Shown: piece after piece, positions 1-10,830 of the stretch
Numbering within the stretch: the stretch's first letter is position 1
How the letters are laid out: each line of letters starts with the position of its first letter
DNA from: Lama guanicoe
Taxonomy: Eukaryota
Length of the DNA stretch: 64,000 nt
Assembly (NCBI GenBank): GCA_013239625.1
Contig: MU054187.1
Location: 12,742,974-12,806,973, forward strand
Reading direction: 5' to 3'
Position numbers and translations under genes: made by a program
The notes under the pieces: generated by a model
The model's database searches: none
Told to the model about the DNA's origin: nothing
The model's input: only the letters and a program-made list of their open reading frames with translations

Positions 1-129
1 TTTAAAGAATTCTTCTATGCCTAGCTCTGTGGCACCGGAGCATAAGCAACACTGCTTGCTGACTTGCTCTTAGAGATGCAGAAGGCCTTCCCCCGCACTT
101 CTCCCTTCCCCAGGCCTTCAGCCTTCCTG

Positions 130-445
130 AGGCCCTTGTGTTCCCTGGTCAGAGTAGTTCAGGGATGACCATGCAACCCCACTGGAACCAGTCCCTGGTC
201 TTTTACAAAAGCCTTTGGTAGGAAGGAAGGCTTATTTCCTCAGGGATTTAAATCTGGGAGGATATAGCCTGTTGGTGCTGCTTGTGGACATGTTTTCATC
301 ACAAGACCCCTGTAAATGAAGCCATCGTGGAGGACTGCAGATTCGAGAGACAGGGACATCATCTGAGCCTTTGGATTAATGTCGCTTCCTGCGTAAACCA
401 GTCTGATTTGGGTTTTCCGACTTTTGGCACCCAAAGTTTCCACAG
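130..445 (+). mobile_element. Degraded MaLR LTR (MLT1J/K-like)
   Basis: Motifs aatgaagcca...gcaga...gagaga...gacatcatctgagcctttggat and aaccagtctgatttgggttttc resemble the MLT1J/K consensus; boundaries approximate. Confidence 0.55.
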
Positions 446-944
446 TGGGGTTGATGGTGATGGACTGGGTCATTTTTTAGTTAGATTTGATGGGGCAGAC
501 CTCTCTGAGCATCTGGGTGTCTATAGACCAATGTGCTGATAGTGCACACCATTTCCCAGGGCAGGATTAGGGGTGATTTTTTGTTAGAAACAATTGTTTC
601 TTTGTTAATAGCAAAATATTGAATATACAATTTCAGCTTTTCCTAGAATTGTGAGGCAGTCCACTGACCACACTGCTTCTTTGTCTCAGGCCCTCGGTAT
701 TGGAGATGGAACATTTCCTCCTCTCAACTCACGGGGAGGATGGCGAGGGAGCTCACAGCTGGGCTTTTGCACACACGCGCACCTCATTTGTCTTCCTTTA
801 ATAAGGAGTTGCTCCAAAGATGCTGATCAATGTGTACTTCCAGCAGCAGAAATTAGAGGGATGGGATGTGTTTCTCTAAACAGGTACATGTGTATCTCTT
901 CCCTTGTGTTCTACTTACATGGGCCATGCATGCATTACTCTGTT

Positions 945-1404
945 GTCATTGTATGTTAAATAATGTAAATAATGTATTAATATTTTGCTTCCAAGATTTT
1001 AATAACTTCATAACATATCCTATTATTTCTTGAAATTTGTAAAAATTGAAGTATAGTTGATTTATAATGTTGTGTTAGTTTCTGGTGTACAGCCTAGTGA
1101 TTCAGTTATACATACATGTATATACATTCTTTGTCATATTCTTTTTCATTATAGGTTATTACAAGATACTTAAAGGTCATTGTATGTTAAATAATGTAAA
1201 TAATGTATTAATATTTTGCTCCCAAGATTTTAATAACTTCATAACATATCCTATTATTTCTTGAAATTTTTAAAAATTGAAGTATAGTTGATTTATAATG
1301 TTGTGTTAGTTTCTGGTGTACAGCCTAGTGATTCAGTTATACATACATGTATATACATTCTTTGTCATATTCTTTTTCATTATAGGTTATTACAAGATAC
1401 TTAA
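945..1404. repeat. Tandem duplication, 2 x 229 bp (945-1173, 1176-1404)
   Basis: Direct comparison shows 2 mismatches and a 2-nt 'ag' spacer. Confidence 0.95.
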
Positions 1405-1607
1405 TACAGTTCCCTGTGACAAATGAACTTAATTACAAAAGAGAAACAGACTCACAAACATTGAAAATAAACTTACGGTTACCAAAAAGGAAAGGGGATG
1501 GAGGAGGGATAAATTAGGAGTTTGGGATTAGCAGATATACACTACTATATATAAAATAGATAAACAACAAGGTCCTACTGTATAGCACAGTGAACTATAT
1601 GCAGTAC
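1262..1607 (-). mobile_element. 5'-inverted LINE-1 3' end
   Basis: Antisense L1 tip (aattgaagtatagttg...ttccctgtg, to 1418) joined to sense upstream L1 (acaaatgaactt...gcagtac); flanked by cctattattt at 1250 and 1608. Confidence 0.85.
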
Positions 1608-2469
1608 CCTATTATTTTTAATTATGAATTTTTAGACATATCTTAAGACATAAAATCTTTGGAGATAAGAGTACAGAGAATAGTGTGATGAACTGCCATA
1701 TACCTATCACTGAGATTTAATACATATTTGCTTCATTTTTCAAAGTATTTGAAAGTCAATCACAGACCTATACCAATCCATTTCTAATATTCTCTTCTAT
1801 GTGCATCTCTAAAAGAATTTTTCTATAACAACACTAGTGTCGCCACACCTATAAAAATTAATAATTTTTATTAGTAAACATAAGTAGTAAAGTTTTTTTC
1901 TTAACTTTATGTAACAGAGAATGTATTTTACGTGTTAAGTTTTTAAGTTTATACTCAGAATCTTCTTGAAATTTATATCATTATCAACAGACAATAGTTT
2001 TGTTTTTTATATTAAAAACCTTGACAGAACATTATGGAATGAAACATTTCTAGTGTTCCATCCTAGAGGTTTTATTGAAAAGCTCTCAGAATAAATCTAC
2101 ATCATTTTTCTCTCACATTCTTTAACATAACGTTTTCTTGTTCAAAATACATGTGCTCTTATCACCGTGAATAATCATTTATTCCTTTATGATTCTTTTT
2201 TGGTAGGACTTGATGGCTTACTGTGAGAACAGCTGAATCTCCTCTCAAGTCCTACTCCTGGTGTACGTGAGAACAGATGACACATTAAACTGTTTCCATT
2301 CTATGGGATTTAAGTCACTAATATGTTGGATGGTCAGGTGTAAGAATTACCACATTAGACCTTCGAATTTCTCGCTAAGGACCTTGTTAGAAACCATGTA
2401 TTTTCACAATGTCCGTGGATGCTTTATAAGAACAGCTACTAAAAGGTGACCAATACAAAAGGTCATCCT

Positions 2470-2640
2470 GGACACTGGGAAAGAGCTCTAGAATCCCAAT
2501 AAAAGTCACGTGTTGAGTTCCAGCTTGCATCTTACCTGCTGTGTGACCTTGGATCAGCCAACTGACTTCTCTGAGCCACAGTTACCTAATTTGTTAAATG
2601 GAACAAATCACAAAGTTATGGGGATTAAATGATATAATTT
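2470..2640 (+). mobile_element. MIR SINE
   Basis: Core cttacctgctgtgtgaccttgg...cttctctgagcc...aaatgg...ggattaaatga. Confidence 0.7.
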
Positions 2641-2899
2641 TTTTTTTGAAAAACAATACTCTATTGATGTAAAGTGATAGGGGCTGAGCTATGGACAGAC
2701 TTCCAACTTCCAGAACTGTGAGAACATAGATCTCTGTTAAGATACAAAGCCTATGGTCTCTTATCATAGTCACCCAAGTAAGAAAAGAATGTGTCCTATG
2801 GGTGGTGATCTCCTCTCTATTTCAGCTAAAAGATCAGGAAAATGGGTGTACTTAGTAGCAGAAGGAAAGTAGGTGAACCATAATGTAGAGGAAGAACCT

Positions 2900-3080
2900 T
2901 GGCCTAGAATGACAGTTGAAACTTATAATCTTGCCTTGGGCCTTGCCTGTCTGAGAGATCTTGGGCAAGTAACAAAAGATGAAAGCTTTTGGGATCTTAG
3001 TTTCCTAATTTCTAAAATGAAGACAGTTTAACAACATATCTTTCAAGGTCTTTCTCCCTCTTAGAAGTTTGTTCAAGTTC
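2900..3080 (+). mobile_element. Degraded MIR
   Basis: cttgggcaagtaac...cttagtttcctaatttctaaaatga. Confidence 0.5.
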
Positions 3081-3310
3081 CATGATCTTTTCTGCCTTCA
3101 TCTGATGAAACAGTGGGACGCTTGAGAGCTGTCTGGGAGAATTATGGAGGCATGTACCATATAAGTGAGACTGAACCTCACCTGTCTTAAATAATATGTG
3201 CTGTTTTCCTGTGAGTACACATGCTAGTTTCTCTCTGGCATTCTCTCTAGTCACCAAGTTTTCTGGTACCTGGTCTTTGCTTTAAATAGTTCGTAGATAG
3301 AAATCATAGA

Positions 3311-4140
3311 TTTTTTTTTTCTTTTTTGAAAAACTGAAGTCTATCTGATTTACAATGTTGTGCTAGTTTCTGGTGTACAGCACAGTGATTCAGTTATGCA
3401 CATATATATACACATTCTTTTTCATTATGGGTTATTACAAAATACTGCATATAGTTCCCTGTGCTATATAGTAGGACTTTGTTGTTTGTCTTTTTTATAT
3501 ATAGTAGTTTTTATCTGCTAACTGCAAGCTCCTAGTGTATTCTCCTTTCCCCTTTGGTAACCATAAATTTGTTTTCTATGTCTATGAATCTGTTTCTGTT
3601 TTGTAAAAAACTTAATTTGTTTCATTTTTTTAGATTTCATATTTAAGTGATATCATATGATACTTGCCTTTCTCTGTCAGATTTACCTCACTGAGGATGA
3701 CCATCTCCAGGTCCATCCATGTTGCTGTAAATGACATTATTTCATTCTTTTTTGTGACTGAGTAGTATTCTATCATGTATATATACCACAACTTCTTTAT
3801 CCAGTCATCTGTTGATGGACATTTAGGTTGCCTCCATGTCTTGGCTATTGTAAATAGTGCTGCTATGAACATTGTGGTGCATGTATCTTTTCGAATTAGA
3901 GTTCCCTCCAGATATATGCCCAGGAGTGGGATGGCTTGATCATATGGTAAGTCTGGTTTTAGTTTTTAAGGAGTCTCCTTACTGTTTTCCACAATGGTTG
4001 CACTAAATTACATTCCTAGCAACAGTGTAGGAGGGTTCCCTTTTCTCCACAGCCTCTCCAGCATTTATCCTTTGTGGGCTTTTAAATGATAGTCATTCTG
4101 ACCAGTGTGAGGTGATACCTCATTGTAGTTTTCATTTGCA
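3311..4140 (-). mobile_element. 5'-truncated LINE-1 (ORF2 C-terminus + 3'UTR)
   Basis: Poly(T) start; ORF 3630-3872 MFIAALFTIAKTWRQPKCPSTDDWIKKLWYIY is the L1 ORF2p C-terminus; degenerate TSD agaaatcatagatttttt (3299) / agaaatgatacatttttt (4141). Confidence 0.95.
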
Positions 4141-4280
4141 AGAAATGATACATTTTTTAATTCAATAGACAGAAGCTGTGGTGGGGTTACTAATCCAGGT
4201 AAATGTATGTTAAACCTTACTTTATACTTTGAGAAAATGTTTCGCTTGTTTTGAGCCTGGCCTTGTCACAGTGATTTTAA

Positions 4281-4282
<2 letters not shown>

Positions 4283-4316
<34 letters not shown>
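4283..4316. repeat. (AC)17 microsatellite
   Basis: Perfect dinucleotide run. Confidence 0.95.
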
Positions 4317-4320
<4 letters not shown>

Positions 4321-4324
4321 ACAT

Positions 4325-4759
4325 TAAATGGTGGCCCCTCTAAAGCTCTATCACCTGGAACCTGTGAATATGACCTTACTTAGTTAGGACCATGGTATTT
4401 GCTGTAATTCATGAAGGATCTTGCGATCATCTTGAATTTCCCAGGTGGCCCTTGAATCCAATGACAAGTGACTTATAACGGGCAGAAGAGGAGAAGCCAC
4501 AGAAGAGCAGAAGGCTGGTGGAGACAGAGGCAGAGATTTCAGTGATGCAGCCACAAGCCAAGGAAGGGATGCCTGGACCCACCAGAAGCTGGAAGAGGTG
4601 AGAAGGATTCTCCCCGATGCCTTCAGAGGGATCAGGGCCCTGCTAACACCGATTTCAGACTTCTGGCCTCCAGAACTGTAAGAGAATAAATTTCTGTTGT
4701 TTTAAGCCTCCTAGCTAACTCGTGGTGAGTTGTTGTGGCAACCCTAGGAAACTAATACA
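4325..4759 (+). mobile_element. MaLR solo LTR (MLT1C-like)
   Basis: cctgtgaatatgacctta, gatgcagccacaagccaaggaa, cagacttctggcctccagaactgtaagagaataaatttctgttgttttaagcc, end ggaaactaataca. Confidence 0.9.
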
Positions 4760-5031
4760 CATACTCTTTTATTGTCTATACTTTCATTGTATACCACTTC
4801 CCAATAGATCCATTAACTAGATTGAAACGATTTTGCATCTTACGGAAGACAGGCGTGTTTCTGGAGTTAAGCTGCGGATGATTCTGGCGTTGAAGGGCGA
4901 ATACTTATCAGCACACTGATACACTTCTGGTTGAATATTGAGGGGGATCTTCCTGGTGATTAGTGTTGGCTCAGTTCTGAAAGACGGAAGGACAGTGGTA
5001 ATGTTGAGTAAGATGAGGTTTTTAGTGTGAA

Positions 5032-5260
5032 CAGAATTTTTCAGCCTCAGTCCCAGTGACATTTGGGGCCTGGTAATTCTTTATTGTCGGGGACTGTTCC
5101 ACCCATTGTAGGGTGTTTAACGGCATCTCTGGACTCCACGCACAAGATGCCAGTAGTCCTGCCTGCCAAGTCCCCAGTTGTGACAACTGAAATTGTCTCC
5201 ACGCATTGTCAAATGTTCCCTGGGGGCAGAATCTCCACGCCTCCCCCATTAAGAACTGCT
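5032..5260 (-). mobile_element. MER20 (hAT-Charlie DNA transposon)
   Basis: Reverse complement matches MER20 motifs gggaacatttgacaatgcgtggagaca...gttgtcacaactgggg...ctactggcatct. Confidence 0.85.
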
Positions 5261-5515
5261 GCTTCAAAAGATGACAGATGTATAGGCTCTGGGATAAGGA
5301 CAAGAATGTGCCTATGAAAAATATTCAACAGTACCGCAAAAATGGCAGAGAATTTTTGAAGCAGAACCATTTTCTTAACAATCATAAATGACTCTGTAAC
5401 TTAAAAGTGGATGTACATGAGAGAACGTTTGCCATTGCTATGATTATCACCCTGACAGTTTTTAATGTGAAAGAGGATCATCCTGTGACAGAAGATTTTT
5501 TCTCAGAGTGGAAAA

Positions 5516-5690
5516 TGATATATATGTCTGTTTATATACATATACATATAAAACACACATACACACACATGTATACTTATATACACATATACGTATGGGT
5601 GTATGTATGTATTTCATACACATATGTAGATATGTGTGTGCACGCATGAGTACATGTGTACGGCATGTATATATGCATGCATCTGTGTAA
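5516..5690. repeat. Degenerate (TA/CA/TG)n purine-pyrimidine alternating tract
   Basis: tatatacatatacatata...cacacatacacacacatgtatac...tatgtgtgtgcacgcatg. Confidence 0.85.
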
Positions 5691-6861
5691 ATGCTTTGTT
5701 AATGAAGAGGCCTAAAGGCGTTTCATATTCTTCATCGTCCTGCTTGGGAATTCTGAAATTACGGAGCATAATGAGTCATTTCTAATGATGACGGAGTAAA
5801 TGAAAAGCCTTTGAGAAAGCTCATCTTTCAGAACAGGTACAGGGCGCATTAGTATAAGCAGGTTGAACAGGAACAATAGTAGTGCGAGTGTTTTCCAAAA
5901 GCCCTCATTTCTCTCACAGATCTAAGATTCATCCAACTAATATGAAAACAGAATTTTGTTCTTTTATTCTGTTCTCTGCAAAGTGCTTATTACCTATTTG
6001 GAACATTGTAATCTTCCCCATGCAGTGCTGTGAGTCACCCAGCTGAGAACCGCTCTGCCTACTCACACACACAGTTGCCTAATGTGTCTTATAAGCCACA
6101 TATAATTACAGTGAATGCATCCTTCTAAGGATACACTTGTGGTGAGCCTGGGTCCTTCTAGAAGAATGTTCACATGCGGAGAAAAATGCTTCCTTTGACA
6201 ATATCTAAAATCTTCTTTAAGTAGAGAAATATCTATTTATCTCTACCTTTAAAGTATGCATTTCACAGGATGCAGACAGAGGCTGAAATTTGCTAAGGGC
6301 TGTTTCCTGGCTTGGCAATTACACCGAACTGGCTGATCTAATGGTTCACTGAGATCTTGTTAGAATGACACGCCTTCCCAGAGACAACGAGAATCATGAG
6401 ATAAGCTCTGGAAACAAATCAAGGATTTTGTGAGAACACTCCTGGAGTCCCAGGGAGCAAGAAAAACTGTAGGGAGTGTCTTTTTAAAATTGATTTTTGA
6501 AATTGAGTTTCATGAATCACAAGTGTTCTTCAGATTGTCTACAGATGTTACAAATATTCCAGATGGTAACTGAGAAACAGGTAAATTAGCTTAGAAATGA
6601 AGGAGAACATCAGACCAGCAGACAGCTATGGGGTTTGCTTGGACAGGGTTATTGGGGGCAGTTTGAGAATTCTTTTTCTGTTTACAGCTCATTCTCATGT
6701 TTGGAATGACTAGCAGTCTGCTGGTAGTGGGAGCAGTGCAGTCCCCTGAGGCTGTAACCCAGTTTGGAGTCATGTCCCAGGTGCATGTCATCTGGGAAAT
6801 ACCTTTGTGCCTGAAATAATTAGTAAGATGCCCAGTTCTGGTTATAGAACACACTAGCAGG

Positions 6862-7143
6862 TTTTTTTTTTTTTAATTGAAGTATAGTTGATTTACAATG
6901 TTGTGTTAATTTCTGGTGTACAGCATAGTGATTCAGTTATACATATGTATATATTCTTTTTCAAGGTTATTACAAGCTATTGAATATAGTTCCCTATACT
7001 ATATGGTAAGACTTTGTTGTTTATCTATTTTATATACAGTAGTTTTTATCTGTTAATCCCAAACTCCTAATGTATCCCTCTTCCCTCTTCCCCCTTTAGT
7101 AACCATCAGCTGGTTTTCCGTGCCTGTGAGCCTTAGAGATGAT
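6862..7143 (-). mobile_element. 5'-truncated LINE-1 3' end
   Basis: Poly(T) then aattgaagtatagttgatttacaatg...; degenerate TSD cacactagcag / cacgctagcag. Confidence 0.9.
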
Positions 7144-8064
7144 CACGCTAGCAGACTTTTGAAGAGAACAGCACCTGCTCTCGGCCTGCGGTCCCAGGCC
7201 ACAGGGTGCGGCCGTTTCAGTGCCAGCGTGTCGACCGCCGTGTGGATGTCGCTGGCGTAGGCTGGGTTTTTCCACCGTTAACTGGACGAGAACTTGTTCC
7301 TTACATACACTTTTGCTTGTACAAGTGCTGGCTTCTGCCCACACGAGCAACTCCAAACCCCAAACTGTAAGTCTCATTTGTGGTTACTGGGATGGGACCT
7401 GATGGAAAACCTGACCATAAAGACAAAAAAAAAAAATCATGTGAAAAAAAAAGTCCTCTGGTACAGAAATCAGGAAAGGATTCAAGTAATATATTTGTGT
7501 AACCAACACTTGCTTCCCTAACGCTCACAGCAGCCTGCCGGCAACATGAGCCGGGTGGTGACGACACCGCCACCACCACCACTTTTTGATCTGAATCCCC
7601 ACAGCAGGGTCGCTGGTCTCTCAAGACTAGTCTTTCCCCGCCAGAGTCTGAGGGTCTCCCCCTCTCTCTTTCCCACCTTGGTTGCTTTCCTGAGGCTGCT
7701 CTGCCTCAGAAGTGGGTCTCTGTAGCCTCACCTCAGCTCCAGAAGTGGAGCTCCCCTTGCACCACAGTGTTATAAGTTCTTCTGTCTCTAAAGCAGGAAT
7801 GACTCACTCCTGCCCAGTGGATGCACCATGTTAGGCCCCTCAAAACTCTCCTGCTGCCTCCAAGTTGTACAGTAATAACAGTAGCAGTCATATTTATATC
7901 TGACATAGGAAATGACTGTTTCTCTTATAGATGTAAGTTATAATATGACACTTACAGTAAGATACTGTATCTTAATATTAAAAAAACTGTTCATGGACTC
8001 ATCTTTAGAGAACTTCACTCTTTTTATCAAACTAACAAAGTCTAAAGTAAAACCATATCTTTAT

Positions 8065-8676
8065 TTTTTTTTAATTGAAGTATATTCCATTTACAATGTT
8101 ATGTTAATTTCTGGTGTACAGCATAGTGATTCAGTTATACATGTGTGTATATGTATATATTTCTTTTTATATTCTGTCTCATTATAGGCTATTACAAGGT
8201 ATTGAATATAGTTACCTGTGCTATACAGTAGGATCTTGTTGTTTATCTATTTTATATATAATAGTTAGTATCTGCAAATTCTGAACTCCAAATTTATCCC
8301 TCTAGATCTCCTTCCCCCTTTGGTAACCATAAATTTGTTTTCTGTGTCTGTGAATCTATTTCTGTTTCGTAAATAAGTTTATTTGTCTCATTTTTTCAGA
8401 TTCCATGTGTAAGCGATATCATATGGTATTTTTCTTTCTCTCTGGCTTGCTTCACTTAGTATGATAATCTCTACATCCATCCATGTTGATGCAAATGACA
8501 GTATTCCATTCTTTTTTATGGCTGAGTAGTATTCCATCGTATATATACCATATCTTCTTTCCAATCATCTGTTGATGAACACTTCGGTTGTTTCCATGTC
8601 TTGGCTATTGTGAATAGTGCTGCCGTGAACTCTGAGGTGCATGTATTTTTTTAAATTAGAGTTCCTTCCGGATACA
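8065..8676 (-). mobile_element. 5'-truncated LINE-1 3' end
   Basis: Same family as 3311-4140; possible TSD aaaccatatcttta / aaagcgtgtcttta. Confidence 0.92.
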
Positions 8677-10349
8677 GAAAGCGTGTCTTTAGAATACAAA
8701 CTCCACATGCCTCAGCCCCCCAACCAGGAGGCTTTTCTGGAAAATCCAGAACATTTTCTTTCAGGGGGCTAGGTTTGTGTTTGTGTTTTCAGCATTCTGG
8801 AAGCCATTCTTTAAGGGACCTTGCAACTGCTTTCTGAGAACCTGGGTCATTGTTCAATAACAGTGTCCCTACCACCTCTACTCTCAATTGATCCTGGGTC
8901 TGTCACGCCAGAATTTGCTTCCAAAGTCACTTTTCATCTAAGCTGCATATGCCACTACTCTCCATTTTGAGAATAAAAGCTGGCACAGTGTTGCTTCTCT
9001 TCCTTTCTTCTTTTTTTTCATACTCTGAAATGGAAATCTCATCCATGGGAGACATAGTGGGGGCACTAAGGGGCTGTAGGTGAAGCCATGTGGATCTTGA
9101 GGGCTGGGGGCTGACTTACTGCTTTAAAAATATCCATGTTGTGCTATAACCACCTTCCACCTGACTTTCCACCGGATCTCTGAGTCTCAGAGTGGGGAGG
9201 AATGTGTCACCTTGTGGTTGTGGGGCTAAATCTTTTATTCTCATAAAACACTGAGCACAATCCATGTTTGACAGACAGCGTGCCATTGCACCTCACCATC
9301 ATCATCACCATGAGAGAGCTGAACTGGCTTTTTGTGTCAAGATGAATAAAGGGCTTTTAAAAGTGGCTGGGGTGGGAAGAGGGGGACCAAGGCAGGAAGC
9401 AGCCTCTCTCCCGCCCCATCACATCTTCCCTCTGCATCTCGGTCTTCCTTGAACTGGAAGGTCTTCCTGAACTTGTCTGTCAGGGTCTATTGTAATGGTG
9501 GTAGAGCAGAGTCAATCAGAGGAGAGCAGTTTGTTATTTACGTTTGGAACTGAGGAATCCTATGAGATCCCAGAACCATGCATTGGAGCTGCTTTCATTT
9601 TTTTTTTCCGTATTTCTACGGGTACGTGACCTTCAAAATGGAAACTTGAGGAGTTAAAAAAAATTATCAAATCACTTTATAAAGACTTCTTTTTTCCTCT
9701 TAATTTCTTTTATCTCATATAAGTCTTCATGGAAATTCTCAAAGCTTTAAAATATGCCTAAAATCCCAACAAGAATTGTGTCCATTTGTCTTCTGTCTTA
9801 CCCGCTGCGGATCATGGCTCTGTAGGGTTGGCAGTTCTCACAGTAAACTCTTCAGTTTGGGGTCTCCACAGCTATTTTTGAATACAATTTTAATTTTTTC
9901 TCTGGATGTGATTATAATCGAGGTAGAACTATTCAAAAGACTTAAAATCTTAATTAGTTGATTTTCTTAAAACAGCAGGTGAATTTTTGAGCAATAATTA
10001 TAAAAATTAGTAGAAATGTGAGTGGTGGTCAGCTAACATGCATGCCCCCAGCATGGCACCTCACCTCAACCTGGTCTTACTGGGGAGTGACCCTCACAGC
10101 ACTCTTAAAATTAACATTCTCATTCCTTCCATTGGGTAAGTGGTTAACTGTAGGAGAAAAGGGATCAGATAGCATTTACTACTAGATACTTTGTATGTTC
10201 TGCCAGGGAAGTTTACATTTTAAATATTTGAACTTGGTAGACTAAAGAGGAGGAGAATGGGACAGAAAATGTGAAATATGCACCTTATACTCTGTACAAG
10301 TGAGAAGTCACCTTGCTGTACTAGGAACCCCGCACCCCTCCCTCTCCCC

Positions 10350-10830
10350 CTCAAAAACCCCAATGGCTGGAATGAATCAGGGGTCATTTTTATCTCATGC
10401 AAAGGCAGAATGGAGATAGGTAGTTTGGGACTGGCATGGTGGCTTCATGATGCATCAAGGATTTGGGCTTTGCCTTTGCCATCCTCGAGGAATGTGTCTC
10501 TTGTCCTTACGCTCCCAAGATGACATCTGAGCCCAAGCCAACTTGTGCACATATCAGGGAGAAGAAGGGAAAGGGGAAAGGACAAAAGAAACATGTCTCA
10601 CTTGCATCAGTAGCCTTTAAAGAGTTTTCAAAGCCCTGTCCGGTCCCTCTGCTTGTACATCACTGTCTGTAGCTTGTGACCACCCCTTGCTATAAAGGAG
10701 GCTGGAAAACACAGTCGTTTATTTAGTTCTTTGTAACTGAGCACTTGCAACCGTGGAAAAAATTGGGTTCTGCTGGACAAGGAGAGAATAAGTTGACCCT
10801 TGGAGAGGCGTCGGCAGCTCTGCGCTCTTC
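10350..10830 (-). mobile_element. MaLR LTR (MLT1J-like)
   Basis: aatggct...ggtagtttgggactggcatggtggcttcatgatgcatcaagga, caagatgac, aaaggaggctggaaaa, aaaattgggttctg. Confidence 0.65.

Noticed and set aside
240..539. ORFs of 77 and 85 aa
   Set aside because: They overlap a degraded MaLR LTR and give no recognisable protein
3012..3101. Minus-strand acceptor followed by MKAEKIMELEQTSKREKDLER...
   Set aside because: Mostly within a MIR remnant; likely chance
3630..3872. 80-aa ORF as a host gene
   Set aside because: It is the L1 ORF2p C-terminus in a truncated element
9264..9452. ORF with a His6 run
   Set aside because: Short (CAY)n repeat with no exon context
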